A stretch of 64,000 nucleotides of DNA from Lama glama (Eukaryota): positions 45,076,001-45,140,000 of the forward strand of contig CM052817.1 in NCBI GenBank assembly GCA_028534125.1, written 5' to 3'. Made by a program: the position numbers and the translations under genes. This document shows, in pieces, positions 37,701 to 50,419 of the stretch; the stretch's first letter is position 1; each line of letters starts with the position of its first letter. The notes under the pieces are model-generated. The model did not search any database. It saw nothing but the letters and a program-made list of their open reading frames with translations, and had not been told where the DNA came from.

Positions 37701-40284
37701 TAGAAAGCCAGGTATTTACTAATTAAGTGGCCCCACATGGATCAGAAAATCCAAAAGTTGACTTCCCACTGTCGTAGTTACCCAGGGGTCTGCAGGGGAG
37801 ATGCTGATGGGCTCGCTGGGATTGAAAGGAACCCCCGGGACCCGTCATTCTTGGTCACTGTCATTCTCAGCTTGGGCCCCTGGCACGCCACCTGTTGTTT
37901 ACCTTTTCTAAGAGTTCTATTTAGTATGGGACTCTCTTTTCTGGTGTCACTCCTGTTTACGGTATACACACTGGTGGGGTCTCACTATCAGGTGCCACAC
38001 TTGAGTGGAAGCTTGGGGCTTCCTAACTTTTGCTGAGTCCCTCATGGGGCTCCTCCCTGTGTTAAGGCAGCCACAAGCAGAGTGGCCTGTTTCCTCCTTC
38101 ACTGTTCCCTCTTCTCCTGAACCTGGTCTCTGCCATTAAAAACTTTGACGGCATTTCATCCAATTGAGACACAGGCATCCTTAGAGCCCTTTCCACCTTT
38201 TTCAGTTTCTTCTGTGTATGGAGGCGGGGGGTGCGCTGACCAGTAAGTGACATATTAACCATGTTTAAATTCTCTGGGGCCTCAGGGTCTGTAACTGTAT
38301 ACTGCCTTTAGGCTTTAAAGACCTTTCTAGAAATTCGGAAGGATCCTCATTCAGTTTCTGTTTTACCTCCTGTACTTTATTAAAGGCTTGTTTGGGCCCC
38401 TTCTTTGCAATCTAGCAAGAAGGCAATCTTGATAATGTTCAAGTTTTGACCTATGCTCAGCATTCACATCCCAGTTAGTATCTGCTGTTAGTCCTGCCGT
38501 GCTTGCTGCAGCCCACACTGGGTGGCCAGGGGTTTCTATATGAAGCCGATCTATCTCCTCCCCAGCTTCATCCAGCATCATTCTACATTCTTCTGAAGTG
38601 AGGAGGGTGTTTAATACATTTACCCGGGTTGCAAAACATCGATTAAAAACATCTGCTCAGGCTGGGTTATAGGTTGCAAAAGTCAATGAAAAAAAGATTT
38701 TCCATTCTCTTTGGATCATCTCTGTAGGTTCGTGTATTGTTCTTCCAATTAAATAAATGCGAAGTAGGAAAAGGAGAGTGGAACCAGGTCAATCCCATTG
38801 GCTGCCCAACTCAGTATTCACACCCTCAGTGGGAACTTACCTGAACAGATATTGCCCCTTATGAGTTTGGGTAGATCCTTGGCCAAATCGAGTACCCTGT
38901 TGGGCATGTTGGAGACCATCCCTATTTCTGGATCCTTAGAGATCAAGGTGAGGGGCCCAAGCCTGAGGCTCACGTGCTGGCAATGGAAGAGCAACACCGT
39001 CACGTAAGGTGGAGGAGGAGCAGTTGGGGTTTCTGACCGAACTGACAGCAAGGCATCCTCCTTTTCATTAAAATCAAGCAAAACAGGTTTCTTTGCCTTC
39101 CCTTCCTATTGGATCATAATCTTACATTTTCTTTGCACAGGTTTATACTGATACAATAATAAAAGACTGTACATAAGGTATTTCATCCCGTTTTTCTTCC
39201 CATTTACAAAATAAATATAGCTGCAAAAATCTAAAGGATATTGTGGCCATGCAGTGCTACCAAAAAAGACCTCTTCTCCATGGATTCATAACTGAAAGTC
39301 TTCTCAGTTTTGGAAATGCAGCCAGAGGGCTACAAAAGGGAACTGAATTAACCTTTGCCATTTTGAATGGGCTTTGCTTCCAAGTGGTCACAGCAACAAA
39401 ATCTTTCCGAGGGTCCTTGCTACAGTCACCAAGAAGCCGAATCCCCAACTGCCAGTTCTTAACAATTAAGGCAAAGTAGACAAAAAGGGACAGGGCCTCC
39501 AGCTCACGACCTTTCAGGACTGCCAAACGGTCTAGGCACAGGGATGTTTCTTTAACAAGTTTACTCACCCAAAAGATGTATTCCAACCCCAAAGCTGTCT
39601 CTTCGCTGCAAAATGAAACTAAGCACTGAAAGTCGGCGGCATCTTGCAGGGAAATCCAGGGGAACGGTCCCTGTGATAGAGGGACCAGGCAGCTGCTTGG
39701 ACTTGTCCACAGGCTCTCAATACCAGCAAGGGGCCGAGAACCAGGGGCAAAAGCTTCACCTGGACTTCCCTCCTGGCTGTCAGATTTGTTACTGAACCGG
39801 GTTCCTTTTGCCTGATGCATAGCAAGCTATGAGGCTGAGACACCAAGGTCTGCAGCAAAGAGAGGGACAGAGAACAAATCTCAGCTCAGCCTCCCCGAAG
39901 GCAAGGGGCTCAGGGTACTTATGGGGTAACAAAGAAGCAGGGCGGTCTGAGGTGTGGGGAGCGTGGGGAAAGGTGATTGGAAAAAGGTGCGGCAATCGTG
40001 GTTTTGCGCAGGCGTAACTAGGCTACAGGCATGTCCAGAAGGTCGCCAAGTGGATGCGCACATACTCAGTTGGAGGGTGGGTGGTCCCATTCACTCTTAA
40101 CTAGTTCAGCTCAGACTAGACGCAGCTGACTCCAAGTTCCTGAAAAACAACTCAGGCAAACATATTGTTTAGGCTCCATGCTGCTTGGAGGACATGCAAG
40201 TCTGCAGCAACAATTAAAATGACCTTGATTAGTGAAGGCAGGTTACAGGTGAAATGGATTTCACTAATGTCACCCACAGTTTCA
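34760..40284 (-). mobile_element. Decayed class I provirus in PPEF2 intron 10: 5' LTR (39787-40284), PBS, gag, partial pol; no env or 3' LTR
   Basis: LTR TGAAAC...GTAACA on - strand; capsid NWDVN and MHR-like EDPSEFLER; RNase H FTDGSSF, YCPGHQ; integrase WVEAF, PWIHH; many stops and frameshifts. Confidence 0.88.
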
Positions 40285-41808
40285 GAAACTCAGAGAAGCA
40301 GGGGCTGCAGAGTCAGTTATCCAGATTCCGTCCTGGTGCAGTCTTAGTATCTCTGTGCCTCAGTTTTCCTACCTGTATTATAGGTGAGGATGCTGCCTCC
40401 TAGGGGTGTGAGGGCTGGGCAGTTAATTCATGTGAAGCTATAAATGAAGATGTCATCTCACAGGGGTGTGAGGGCTAATCAACAAATTCATATAAAGGGC
40501 CCAGATGGCACCTCTTTGGAAAAGGCTCAATACATATTAACATCATTATTCTCTATACATATCAACACAATTCTCCTAAAGAACTAAAGTCAGGGATGCC
40601 TCTTGAGGCAGGTACATCCTTAAAATGAAGTTACCTGGTGGGGCGAGACCGATGGACTGGCCCCTGCTGTGATTAAGCAACGAGGAGAGAAGGAGGTGGT
40701 TGAGTCTGTTCACATCTTGAGGACTTTCACACTCTGTGCGCAGAGCTGAACTGCCTAGGAAGTAATTAGTACTTGTCCAACGTCAGAGAATAACCTCTGT
40801 TCTGTTCTCTTCCATCTGGAACCCTCTTCAAACATCAGTCAGGCACTGCTGAGCCACTCTGAGCATCCGTCTTTGTTCCTGCCCGCAGGCAGTCCACACT
40901 GGGACATGGCTTTCTCGTACCACTGTCCTTGGATCTATTTGCAGAAAGTTCTCGCTCCTTGATTACGTACTTGCACAGAGGTCCCTTTGTGAACCAGACC
41001 TTTATCTTGATATCCCTGTGGATCCTGTGGCCCTCAGGCACGCTGGGACGGCTGCTCTCTCCTTTTGCTGGATGCCACAGCTCTGCTCTGAGACCTGACC
41101 CTCTCTTGCTGTCAAAATTCTTTCCATTTGTGTCTCCATTCTCAGTCTAGTCCCACTACCATGATTCTGAGTCAGAGAGAGGGACCACATTCAGTCCCTT
41201 TGGCAAGAAGAGTATCTTCCAAGTTAGGGCCAGGCTTCCTCCACAGGTAAGATAGCACCTCCTGTAAACTGCCATTAAGTGCTGCCTCTCCCCCAGCAAG
41301 CAGCACATTTTTCCCATCCCAACATTTCTCAACCACAAGCTGCATTTCTTTGCTTTGCTTTCGTACCTGTGGAGCAACAGGAAAGTCAATACAGGCTCTC
41401 CTTGATGAGACAGGTGCCCCTTCTCACCCTTATCTAAAAATCACTAGGTTCCTAGAAACAATGACCTAGGTTAGCATTTCTCCAATTATCTGTGGTAGAA
41501 GATCAGGTTTCATAAATTTCTAATTTGTCACAGATCAATGCTTTTGTAAAATACAGTAAAAGTGAGCTACTAGAAAAATGAAATACAAACGAAAAATAGA
41601 AGCCCACTGACCTTGCGCTTGAATGTCGGCAATATCAAATTGCTACAAAAGCTTCCAAAGGCTTACTCCCAGTTCTGTGCTGCCCTTGCCATGGGCCGGG
41701 ACAAACCACGGAGCCCAGAGTGAGGAGCGCTGACTTGATGCCAAAATGCTGCTCAGAAAGGAGCAACGGTTTCATTCCAACATCTGTATCTCTTCTGGAC
41801 ATTTTCAG

Positions 41809-42183
41809 ATTGTTTCCACCTTGAGATGCAAAACGAGAAAGGAGAATAAGAAACAGGCAGAGGAGAAGGGAAAAAACAACCAGATGAGCTCTGCCGGGAG
41901 ACCCTCCCCGTGGTTTCTCCCCCAAAGTCGCTCTCTCCCCTCCTCGCCTCTGCACCCCAGCGCCCACAAGGCCGCCAGAGCTGGGCGCTCCTCCAGCGTC
42001 CCCTGCAGCATCGCCCCGGACCCCAAGGAGCTCTCCCGGCAGGTGCGGCTCTCCGTGGACCTGGAGCTGGAGAGGTGCCGGCGGCAAGCGGGCTTCCCAG
42101 CGATCGAGGAGAAGGAGGAGCCCGTGCCCTCGGCATCGGAAGCGGAGGAGCGGCTGGAGCCCACGCAGGAGGAGTGGAGGCAG
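41809..42183 (+). CDS. PPEF2: PPEF2 exon 11, low-complexity insert in the catalytic domain
   Basis: ttttcag/gtgcgt; 375 nt; IVSTLRCKTR...PTQEEWRQ in ORF 41746-42276. Confidence 0.94.
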
Positions 42184-43860
42184 GTGCGTGTGGCCAGGCG
42201 CTGCTCCCGGCAATTCGGCCGCCGTCGGGAGGGACCAAAGCTTTCCAAAAGCGAACAATTTCCTCCTTCCATGTAAATTCAGTGTTTTCTTCCCCGCCCC
42301 TCTTTCTCTCTTTCCCTCAGGTTAGAACACCCCAGAAGGAAACTGTTCTTTGCCTAATGACTCATAGACTTTAGAGTTTTATAAAGGATGGGAAGATGTA
42401 GCAGGTGGGCTCTATTGCCTGAGTAGACTTGGTTTAGTGAGCTAGCATTATTGGGTAAGAAGGTAAGCCACCATTTATTGGATGCTAATATATATATATA
42501 TTTCTGCTAATATACATAATATATATTTGACATATATATGTCAGAAAGATGGCCACTGTGGCTCAAGGTCAAAAGGGCTTCAGCAGCTTCTATTCTGTTT
42601 TCAGGCAACTAAAGGCTTTCCCAAAATCTTCGGAGCTACATCACATGGCACCCCCTAGCTGCAAGGGAGAGTGGGAAAGCAAGTACTTAGGAAGGCACAC
42701 TGCCATGCCAAATACCCCAGTAAATGTTCTCTTAGCAAGGAAGAGAAAGAAGAATGGATATTGAGTAGGCACGCACAGTACTGGCCCAAATCGATGACTC
42801 TGGCGGCCAAATGGAGGGCACATTTCACTGGGGCAAGACTGGCAGGGAGACTGCTGTGGTCCAGATGGGAGATGATGCCGGTGATCTTGTGTAGTAGTGT
42901 TAACAAAACTACATGAACTTGGTGGTGGTGTTCAACCACTTTTGACCTATAAAAATGGCAACTAAAGCTTCATTCAATAAAGAGAAGAGAGTTCAGAATT
43001 ATTTAAGAGCTAAAATTAGCAGAACTCACTGATTGGATGGGGAGGGTGGTGAGGAAGGACGAGTCACAGCTGACTGAGGGTAGAAACCTCCGCCAAGAGA
43101 GATGGTGAGTTAGGTTACATGCTCCCTGAGTTATCCATCTGGACTTCAACATCAACTGAGAATTGAAATTTTACACTGCAAGTCTCTCCTTTTGCAAACT
43201 ATGACTCAATAATAATGTGCTGGTATTTATAAATCAAATGTAGTTGTTTTCTTAAACAAATACATCCAATTATTTTATGTGTGTTGAACAAGACTGGCTG
43301 TCAGTGTTGTAACAATAGGGTAGAATCTGCTTTGCTAGGAAAATGGCTCAGCTCTTCTGCAAATTCTTTAAAATTTTTGGAAATTATTTTAAGAAATAAA
43401 ATACTCAGATGCACTTTCCCAGGACCACATCTGGGACCTTGTGATGCTACATGAGAGACTGTTTTGCCAGCCCCGGGACTTCTGCCTTCTCTTTGGGGCA
43501 AATGTCCAGGAGCCTGGAGCACAGGCTGATGGAAGGTTACTGGCTGTGATCAAAGCTTCTACCAGAGCTGCTCCCTTTTTGTCTGTTTTACGTGTTGAGC
43601 TTTCACAAATGATTTATTTTCAAGGCAGTGGCACATATTTGTCAAACAATGTGCACAGACACTCACTTTGTGAGTAATAAAAGAGCCTAGAACCTCAGGG
43701 TTCCAAAATATAAATGTATGCCAAATATTGATGGCATGGAAAGTTATTCACTTATTTTTATTCAAATAGTTTCCTCTTCTCCTCTTTTTCCTCTTTCCAT
43801 AAGAGTCACTCTGACTGTCTGTCTAGTTTCTAGGAAGGAACCCTGTCTTGGTCTCTGCAG

Positions 43861-44046
43861 GTGGTGGATATACTGTGGAGTGACCCCATGGCTCAGGAGG
43901 GCTGCAAAGCCAACACTGTCCGAGGGGGAGGCTGTTATTTTGGGCCTAACGTGACAGAACGGCTGCTACAGAAATACAGTCTGCAATTCTTGATCCGCTC
44001 ACACGAGTGCAAACCCGAAGGCTACGAATTCTGCCACAACCGCAAG
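43861..44046 (+). CDS. PPEF2: PPEF2 exon 12: VVDILWSDP...RSHE...CHNRK
   Basis: ctgcag/gtgggt; 186 nt; DILWSDP and RSHE PPP motifs. Confidence 0.97.
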
Positions 44047-45164
44047 GTGGGTGGATGCCGGCCGCAGCACAAGTGCGGTCCCAACGGCCCCTCCCAGGTG
44101 TGGACGGATGAGCTAAGGCTCTCGGCTCCTCACGATCAGCTGTGCCTTGTGTTTCCTAACCCACTTGCTCAAAGCAACTAGACCCTTTCCAGTCATTTAT
44201 CCTTGACTTTGGTAGCCTCTTTAAAACTTAAAATTTGATTGAGGCCACCGTTTACCAATACCCTGAGAGGAAAGTAAGGGGCAGATAGGGTCTCGCTTCA
44301 TGGATGGAAACACAGCCCTGTGTTTTCCCAGCCACATGTCTATTCTTTGTCACATTGCTCACTGTCACGTGTCTCAAACTACACTGCAGGATCATAGGAT
44401 CTCCGCACTCTGCCCCAGGCAGGGACTCAGATCACTTGTCTTCTCAGGAGCCCAGTTAACATCCTGACTAAGTCTTTGGGCATCTCCAAACCCTACACTG
44501 TTTGTTTAGTCTAATGCCTCTAGGATGAAAGTATTCCCAAGAATACTAACTCTACAGGAGAATTACAGGTCTCCACGCAGGGAAAAAAGCTTGAGATCAA
44601 CCAGTGCAAGAAATGTTTAACAGGAATGTTAAACAGTTGTGTAAGTTTCTTTACTGAAGGGCTTCTGAGAACCTTTAATTTCCTGTATTCACTGTAAATC
44701 TCCAAGAAGAGACACAGTGTCCAGCTTTTCCCAACTGTATGGACTATGGAAACTTTATCATGGAGCATCTGAGGAGGCACAACACTCCGTAGGAACTCTG
44801 CCTGGAGGCTTCACCCCAGCTTTAATAATTGATCTGCCTGCTAGTTGTAATGACCATCCCAGTGTATCAGGCGCAGCTTGCTTCTGAGTTGAACCAAATG
44901 AAGAGTTTTCTATGATCCCCTGCTATTTTTCCTGGCGATAAAGATGTGAAGAAAACGTGTTGTGGATGTCCTATCATAATTCAAGGTTTTACTACTTGAG
45001 TCACAATTCCTGCCCTACTAGCATTAATGACTAAATAAACAAACAAACATAGATGAGGTCAAGAAGGAACAGCCACCCCCAAAACTGGGTTGGGCCCTAC
45101 TGGATTGAGGATGGAGAGTTCTTCACTGAACCTGAATGCCTGTCTCTCTTCTGTTTTGATTTAG

Positions 45165-45307
45165 GTGTTAACCATCTTTTCTGCCTCCAACTACTATGAA
45201 GTTGGCAGTAACAGAGGAGCCTATGTCAAACTGGGGCCAGCTTTGACCCCACACATCGTGCAGTTTCAAGCTAACAAGGCGACTCACAAGCTCACCATGA
45301 GGCAGAG
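45165..45307 (+). CDS. PPEF2: PPEF2 exon 13: [11 protein letters not shown]...LTMRQR (GC donor)
   Basis: ttag acceptor; SASNY motif; donor AG|gcaaga gives the frame needed to join exon 14. Confidence 0.92.
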
Positions 45308-48028
45308 GCAAGACTTTTCAATGAATGATTTTCAGGAAAAGAAACAGAATTGTAGTGTTGATGGAAGATTTGAAGCTCAAATGTCATTACATTTATCCAG
45401 ATTCTAAGTCAGAATTCAAAACTTAGCCATGTCAGCAGTAGGATCTAGAATAGACATTATAACAGGGGCTCCTCTTTCTTCTCCGTACGCTCTCAAATCT
45501 CTACCCACCCATCCTCAATGGAAGTGACAGAAATTATTAGCAGTGGGTATGTCTTGGGTAAAGTCCACATAACAGGCTACTGAGTCTTTTCAGGGTCACT
45601 CTTCTGTTTTCTCTCATCAGACAGACAAGGCTTTTTTCACTATCTGGGGACTTGGCAGATGGATTTCAGTGCATATATTTGTTAACAATGCTCCTTTCTT
45701 TCTGGGAAGGAAGCATATACTATTACTAAATGGCTTCTGTTGAGATGATTGTGAGCTCTAACTTTCCTTGAGAGTTTACCACACACAAAGTGTTACTATA
45801 AAGAATTTATAGATTGTTTCACTTGAATTTATGAAATACCCAGTGTTACTAAATAAGTTTTACAGATGAGATCATTAAGGAGCAAAGGTTAAATCCACTG
45901 GCCACTGGTCACACAGCTAATAAGCTGTGAATGTAAGCCTTGACCCAGGCAGTCTTATTTCAGAACTCATATACTTAGCAACTTTGCAGTACTGCCTCCC
46001 ACTGAGAAGGTGGCCCCAGAGTATATAAACTGCTAAAAGATACAGTTGTGCTGCTGAACAAACTCCTTTAATTATCAAACGCAATTAGAAATCAAAACAA
46101 AGTTAGCATAAATCTAGTGGAAAAGTATTTAGCATCTGTCTTGTATGAGTGCTATAAGAGTGCATTATTTTAAATCACTCAAGTTATTAAACACTCAAGT
46201 TAATACACAATCAAGGCTAACATCACTCAAAAAGAAGTATTATGTGAAAATTTAAACTCATCAAATGATAGTCAAACCTACTATGCAGCAGAATCATCTC
46301 TGGCGCTTTATAAAAAAATCAGCCATCTGAGCCTCATCCCAGCAGATTAGAGTTAGAATCTTCAGGAGTGGGCCCCAGGCACCTGGAATGCCATTATTCC
46401 ATGTGACTTAGGTATTGTCACTACAAAAGGAGTTACTCTAGGGAATCCTATAAATAACATGTTTAAATAACATAATTAAAGAGCACTCAGTTTTTTGAAA
46501 TTCACTTAAAGCAACTACAACATCTTCCGATTTACCCAGAAGTCACTTGTCCAACAGCTTCAACTATCTGGACCACAACAGAGAACTTAGAAACAAACGG
46601 GGAAATGTCTCTGACCAACAACAACTGAGGTCTCAATGGCCACAAACTCAAGATCACATGTTTTTCCTAGAGGAACCCTCATTCAGAATCCATTTACTTA
46701 TGGTTTAAATCCACATCTCAGGATAACAGTGTAGCCAGCCTGGAGTCTACCTGTCAAGATTGATTCCTGGCCTCACCCCTTATTAGCTATGTGACCTTGG
46801 GCTAGTTAGTTACCCTGTACTAGGCACAGTAGTCATACCTACCTCGGTAGTGTTGGAGGATTAGTCAGATGATCCATGCAGAGCTCTGTAATTCCAGTAA
46901 GTGCTCAATATGTGCTGCCTGACGTAGGCACAGAGAGCCCTGTGCATCCAGACGGCTTCCAAGGGCACTGCTGTACTACATCCCTGCATGATAAACATCA
47001 GTGACTACAATTTACCAGAAATGGTTTAAATGCTTTGCCAAACCAGTGGGACTTAACCTTTTTTCTTGGGGTGGGGGGTGATCCCATACTTCTTTTAGCC
47101 TCTGATAAAACAACAAACTCTCCAGAAAAATCAGAAACATTCCCATACCCATAAAATTTGAGATGAGCTTTGTGCAGCTCACACTTTTCAGGGGGGTGCG
47201 GGGGATGTCTATGGAGAATATTATGCTAAGTACCTTAAACTTCAAGGAAAACTTTCATCAAACATGACTGAATTGGGGTGTTTTTGTTGGTTGGGTTGTT
47301 TTTTTAAAATTTTTAGCACTGGAAAAGATAGGTTATCTGGTCATCATTTATAGAAGGCTGCTTCCTCTATGAGAACGGACAAAGTATATATTTCCCTTTT
47401 ACCTCTTTTTATCTTCTTGTTCATTCAACTACAGATATTTACTGAACACTTATTTGGAGCCAAGTACTGTGCCCCTCATTACTCGGTTGATCCAGTAAGA
47501 ATAAGAAAACTAAATTAGTGTTATTTTGTTATTCATAAATCCTGCCTGTGACTTTTTAACAAAATAATAAATTACAAGAAAAGCATTTGATTTTGCTAAT
47601 ACCACTTGTCGAGTGCTTTCTTATGTCCCAGGTGTTCTTCTGAGTACTTTATATGAATTTACTTATTTAATCTTCACAATAATCCTGTGGGTGAGGTACC
47701 ATGTTTATCCCTATTTTGCAGACAGAGAAAATGAAGTACAGCGTAATTAGGTAACTACCACAAAAGTGGTGTTTCTCTAGAACTTCTGCTCTAACCACTA
47801 TCCTGCCCTGGGAAGGACAGCAGCATCCCCCAGACCGGCCCTCTTTGTGCACAACAGGAAAATTCAGGCGAGCACTGGGGAGACGTAAGAGATGGAGTTC
47901 CTCCCTCAAAACCCGAGAGCTCTTGGGAAGCTGAGATATTAAGAAAGAGATAGGCAAAACCTGGTGAAAACCCATGACTTTCTTTTACACTAATTTTTTT
48001 AAATGCTCCTTTTTGTCTCCTGTCCCAG

Positions 48029-48135
48029 GATTAGCAGAGTGGAGGCGTCAGCTCTGAGAGCCCTGCGGGAGAAGTTATTTGCCCATTCCTCAGATCTTCT
48101 TGTTGAATTTAAGAAGCATGACAAAGATAAAACTG
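48029..48135 (+). CDS. PPEF2: PPEF2 exon 14: ISRVEASALRALREKLF...HDKDKT
   Basis: cccag/gtaaga; 107 nt; start of first EF-hand. Confidence 0.95.
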
Positions 48136-48730
48136 GTAAGACTAATCAAGTAAAATATTCATAGAGGAAGGAAGCTGGCCAAAAAATCTCTGTCTTGCAT
48201 TTCTTAGCAAATAAATATTTAAGGACCAAATGACCAGAAGACTTCTTTGACTACTTCCTCCATTTTATTCAACTTAACGTCCTAGTTATCATTTCTAAAT
48301 TTTTAAATTCTAAGCTTTTAACAGAATGTGAACTTGGCTAAATATAAATGAAGATAGTGAAAAAAATGGAGTCAAGGGAAAGGTGACAAGGCCAGAACTA
48401 AGCAAAAAGCAATGGGGGGACAAGTTACAAGAGTGGATCCAAGACTAACAAAAGATCAATGATTTGGTTTCTTGTTGTTACATGTGTACTTATCTGTTCT
48501 GCATTCTATTATCCAAGCTGAAAATTTTGTCTTTTCTCAACTCAATGGAATGTCTAATGGACATTGACTACAATGTAGCCCTATTGAAAAATAGCAGGAA
48601 CAGTCATAAAGTCATAGCAATATCTTTTCATACACATAAACAACCAATGCTATGTATCTCTGTATCAATATAGAGCTATATTATATAATGTTTTATGATA
48701 TTGTTTACAAGAGTCTTCTGTGACTTCCAA

Positions 48731-48911
48731 TAGTATTACCAGATTTAGCAAATGAAAACAGGATGCCTAATTAAATTTGCATTATAGATAGGCAACAAAT
48801 AGTTTCTAAATGTAAGTATGTCCCATGCAATATTTGGGACACACTTATACTTTTGTGGTCTGTCTGAAATTCAGACCTACTGGGCATCCTGTATTTTGTC
48901 TGACAATCCAA
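48731..48911. mobile_element. MER53-like palindromic hAT element
   Basis: Inverted-repeat structure around gtcccatgcaatatttgggac; degenerate 8-bp TSD acttccaa / ctttccaa. Confidence 0.85.
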
Positions 48912-49073
48912 CTTTCCAAACAACCCTACCATGAGCAACAAAAATAATGACAGTGCCCATTATTTCTGTTACCTACAGATAGTAAGAAGAATGTCAGGAT
49001 AAAAAGGAATGCATTCTTGGGCACGAAACCAAATTTATACATGACAAGTCAACAAGTGAGCTCTTTCCTGCAG

Positions 49074-49237
49074 GTTTAGTCACCTTGAGTGACTGGGCAG
49101 CAGCTGTGGAGTCTGTGTTGCATCTGGGACTGCCATGGCGGATGCTGCGGCCGCAGCTGGTGAACAGCTCAACGGATAACATGCTGGAATACAAGTCCTG
49201 GCTGGAGAACTTGGCCAAAGAAAAATTGAGCCACGAG
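49074..49237 (+). CDS. PPEF2: PPEF2 exon 15: GLVTLSDWAAAVE...KLSHE
   Basis: ctgcag/gtaatg; 164 nt. Confidence 0.95.
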
Positions 49238-49978
49238 GTAATGGTATGAAAATGGTGGTCGAGAGCATATTATGGGCCTTCAAGCCCCTTATGAGAACTT
49301 TGAATCAGAAACAGCCAAATATTGAGAATCCCAAAGGGGAGATGAATGAGAAAAGGGAACAACTGTTTGTTGAATTTCTACGTATCAAATTTTGTGTTAA
49401 GTGATTTACATATGTTGCCTCTGTTGACCCACAAAACCACCCAAAGAGGTGGGTTGTAATCAGCACCAGTATACCTGTGAGAACACTGCTCACAGTGGTT
49501 AAGTAACCTGCCTAGGATAATAGAGTTTCTAAATTATAGAACCTAGGATTCAAACCCAGGTCTGTCTGACTTCTTTGATGCAGTGCTGCTTCCCCCATTC
49601 AAAAAGGTATTTGTTCAAAAATACTTATGTGTAATGTATGTGAGAACTTGGGTTATGTGCTTTAAAAAAAAAACTGCTTTATTGCAATATAATTCATATA
49701 TATCATGCAACTCATCCATTTAAAGTGTAGAGTTTGATGGTTTTTAGTATATTTGCAGATACGTGTAACCATCACCATGGTCAATTTTAGAACATTTCAT
49801 CATGGGCTAGGTGCTTCTTAAACTGCTAGATTATTTAGTAGGCTGGAGGGAGTTGGGGTGAGGGATCATAAAACATCTTCAGGTTCTTTCAAGAGTCTTA
49901 TTGTCAGGGTTGATTTTATGTTAATTATGTATTGAGAAGCCTAAACATAAAAGAAGGAATAAGAATTTTTTCTTGCAG

Positions 49979-50066
49979 AACATACAGTCAAGTTTGCTGG
50001 AAACACTGTATCGAAACCGATCCAACCTGGAGACCATTTTTAGGATCATAGACAGTGATCATTCAG
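49979..50066 (+). CDS. PPEF2: PPEF2 exon 16: NIQSSLLETLYRNRSNLETIFRIIDSDHS
   Basis: ttgcag/gtaaag; 88 nt. Confidence 0.95.
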
Positions 50067-50419
50067 GTAAAGGCACTCCTTATCCTGTCACTTCTGACAC
50101 ATAGCAAGTATTTTACTTCCCACCCTTTGGTCTCCTCCCTTATTATTTTGCTCTCTACTCAAGCAAAATTATTGGCAATGCTCATAAATGGCAGAAACTA
50201 GAAAAGTACTTGAGCAACATGAATTTTTTGTATAGAAAGGGGTTGGCAGAGAAGACTGAAGACCAACTGAATGAGGAAGATAAACTTCTTACAGGAAGAA
50301 CTATTAGATGTGCTATCCATTACAGTTCTATCAAAGATAGCCACAAAGTAATGAAGAGTGTCCAGAACAGGAAGGCTTTTGCAATTCTCATTCCCAAAGT
50401 ATTATTTTAAAAAATTTTA

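Noticed and set aside
39257..39820. 187-aa minus-strand ORF
   Set aside because: Runs across LTR end, PBS and leader into decayed gag; no recognisable protein
40390..40500. Imperfect 60-bp duplication (aggggtgtgagggct...aattcat)
   Set aside because: Looks like a local duplication in a MIR-like remnant; no functional evidence
41635..42374. Overlapping 154-207 aa ORFs on both strands
   Set aside because: Stop-poor shadow frames of GC-rich PPEF2 exon 11; no independent gene signals
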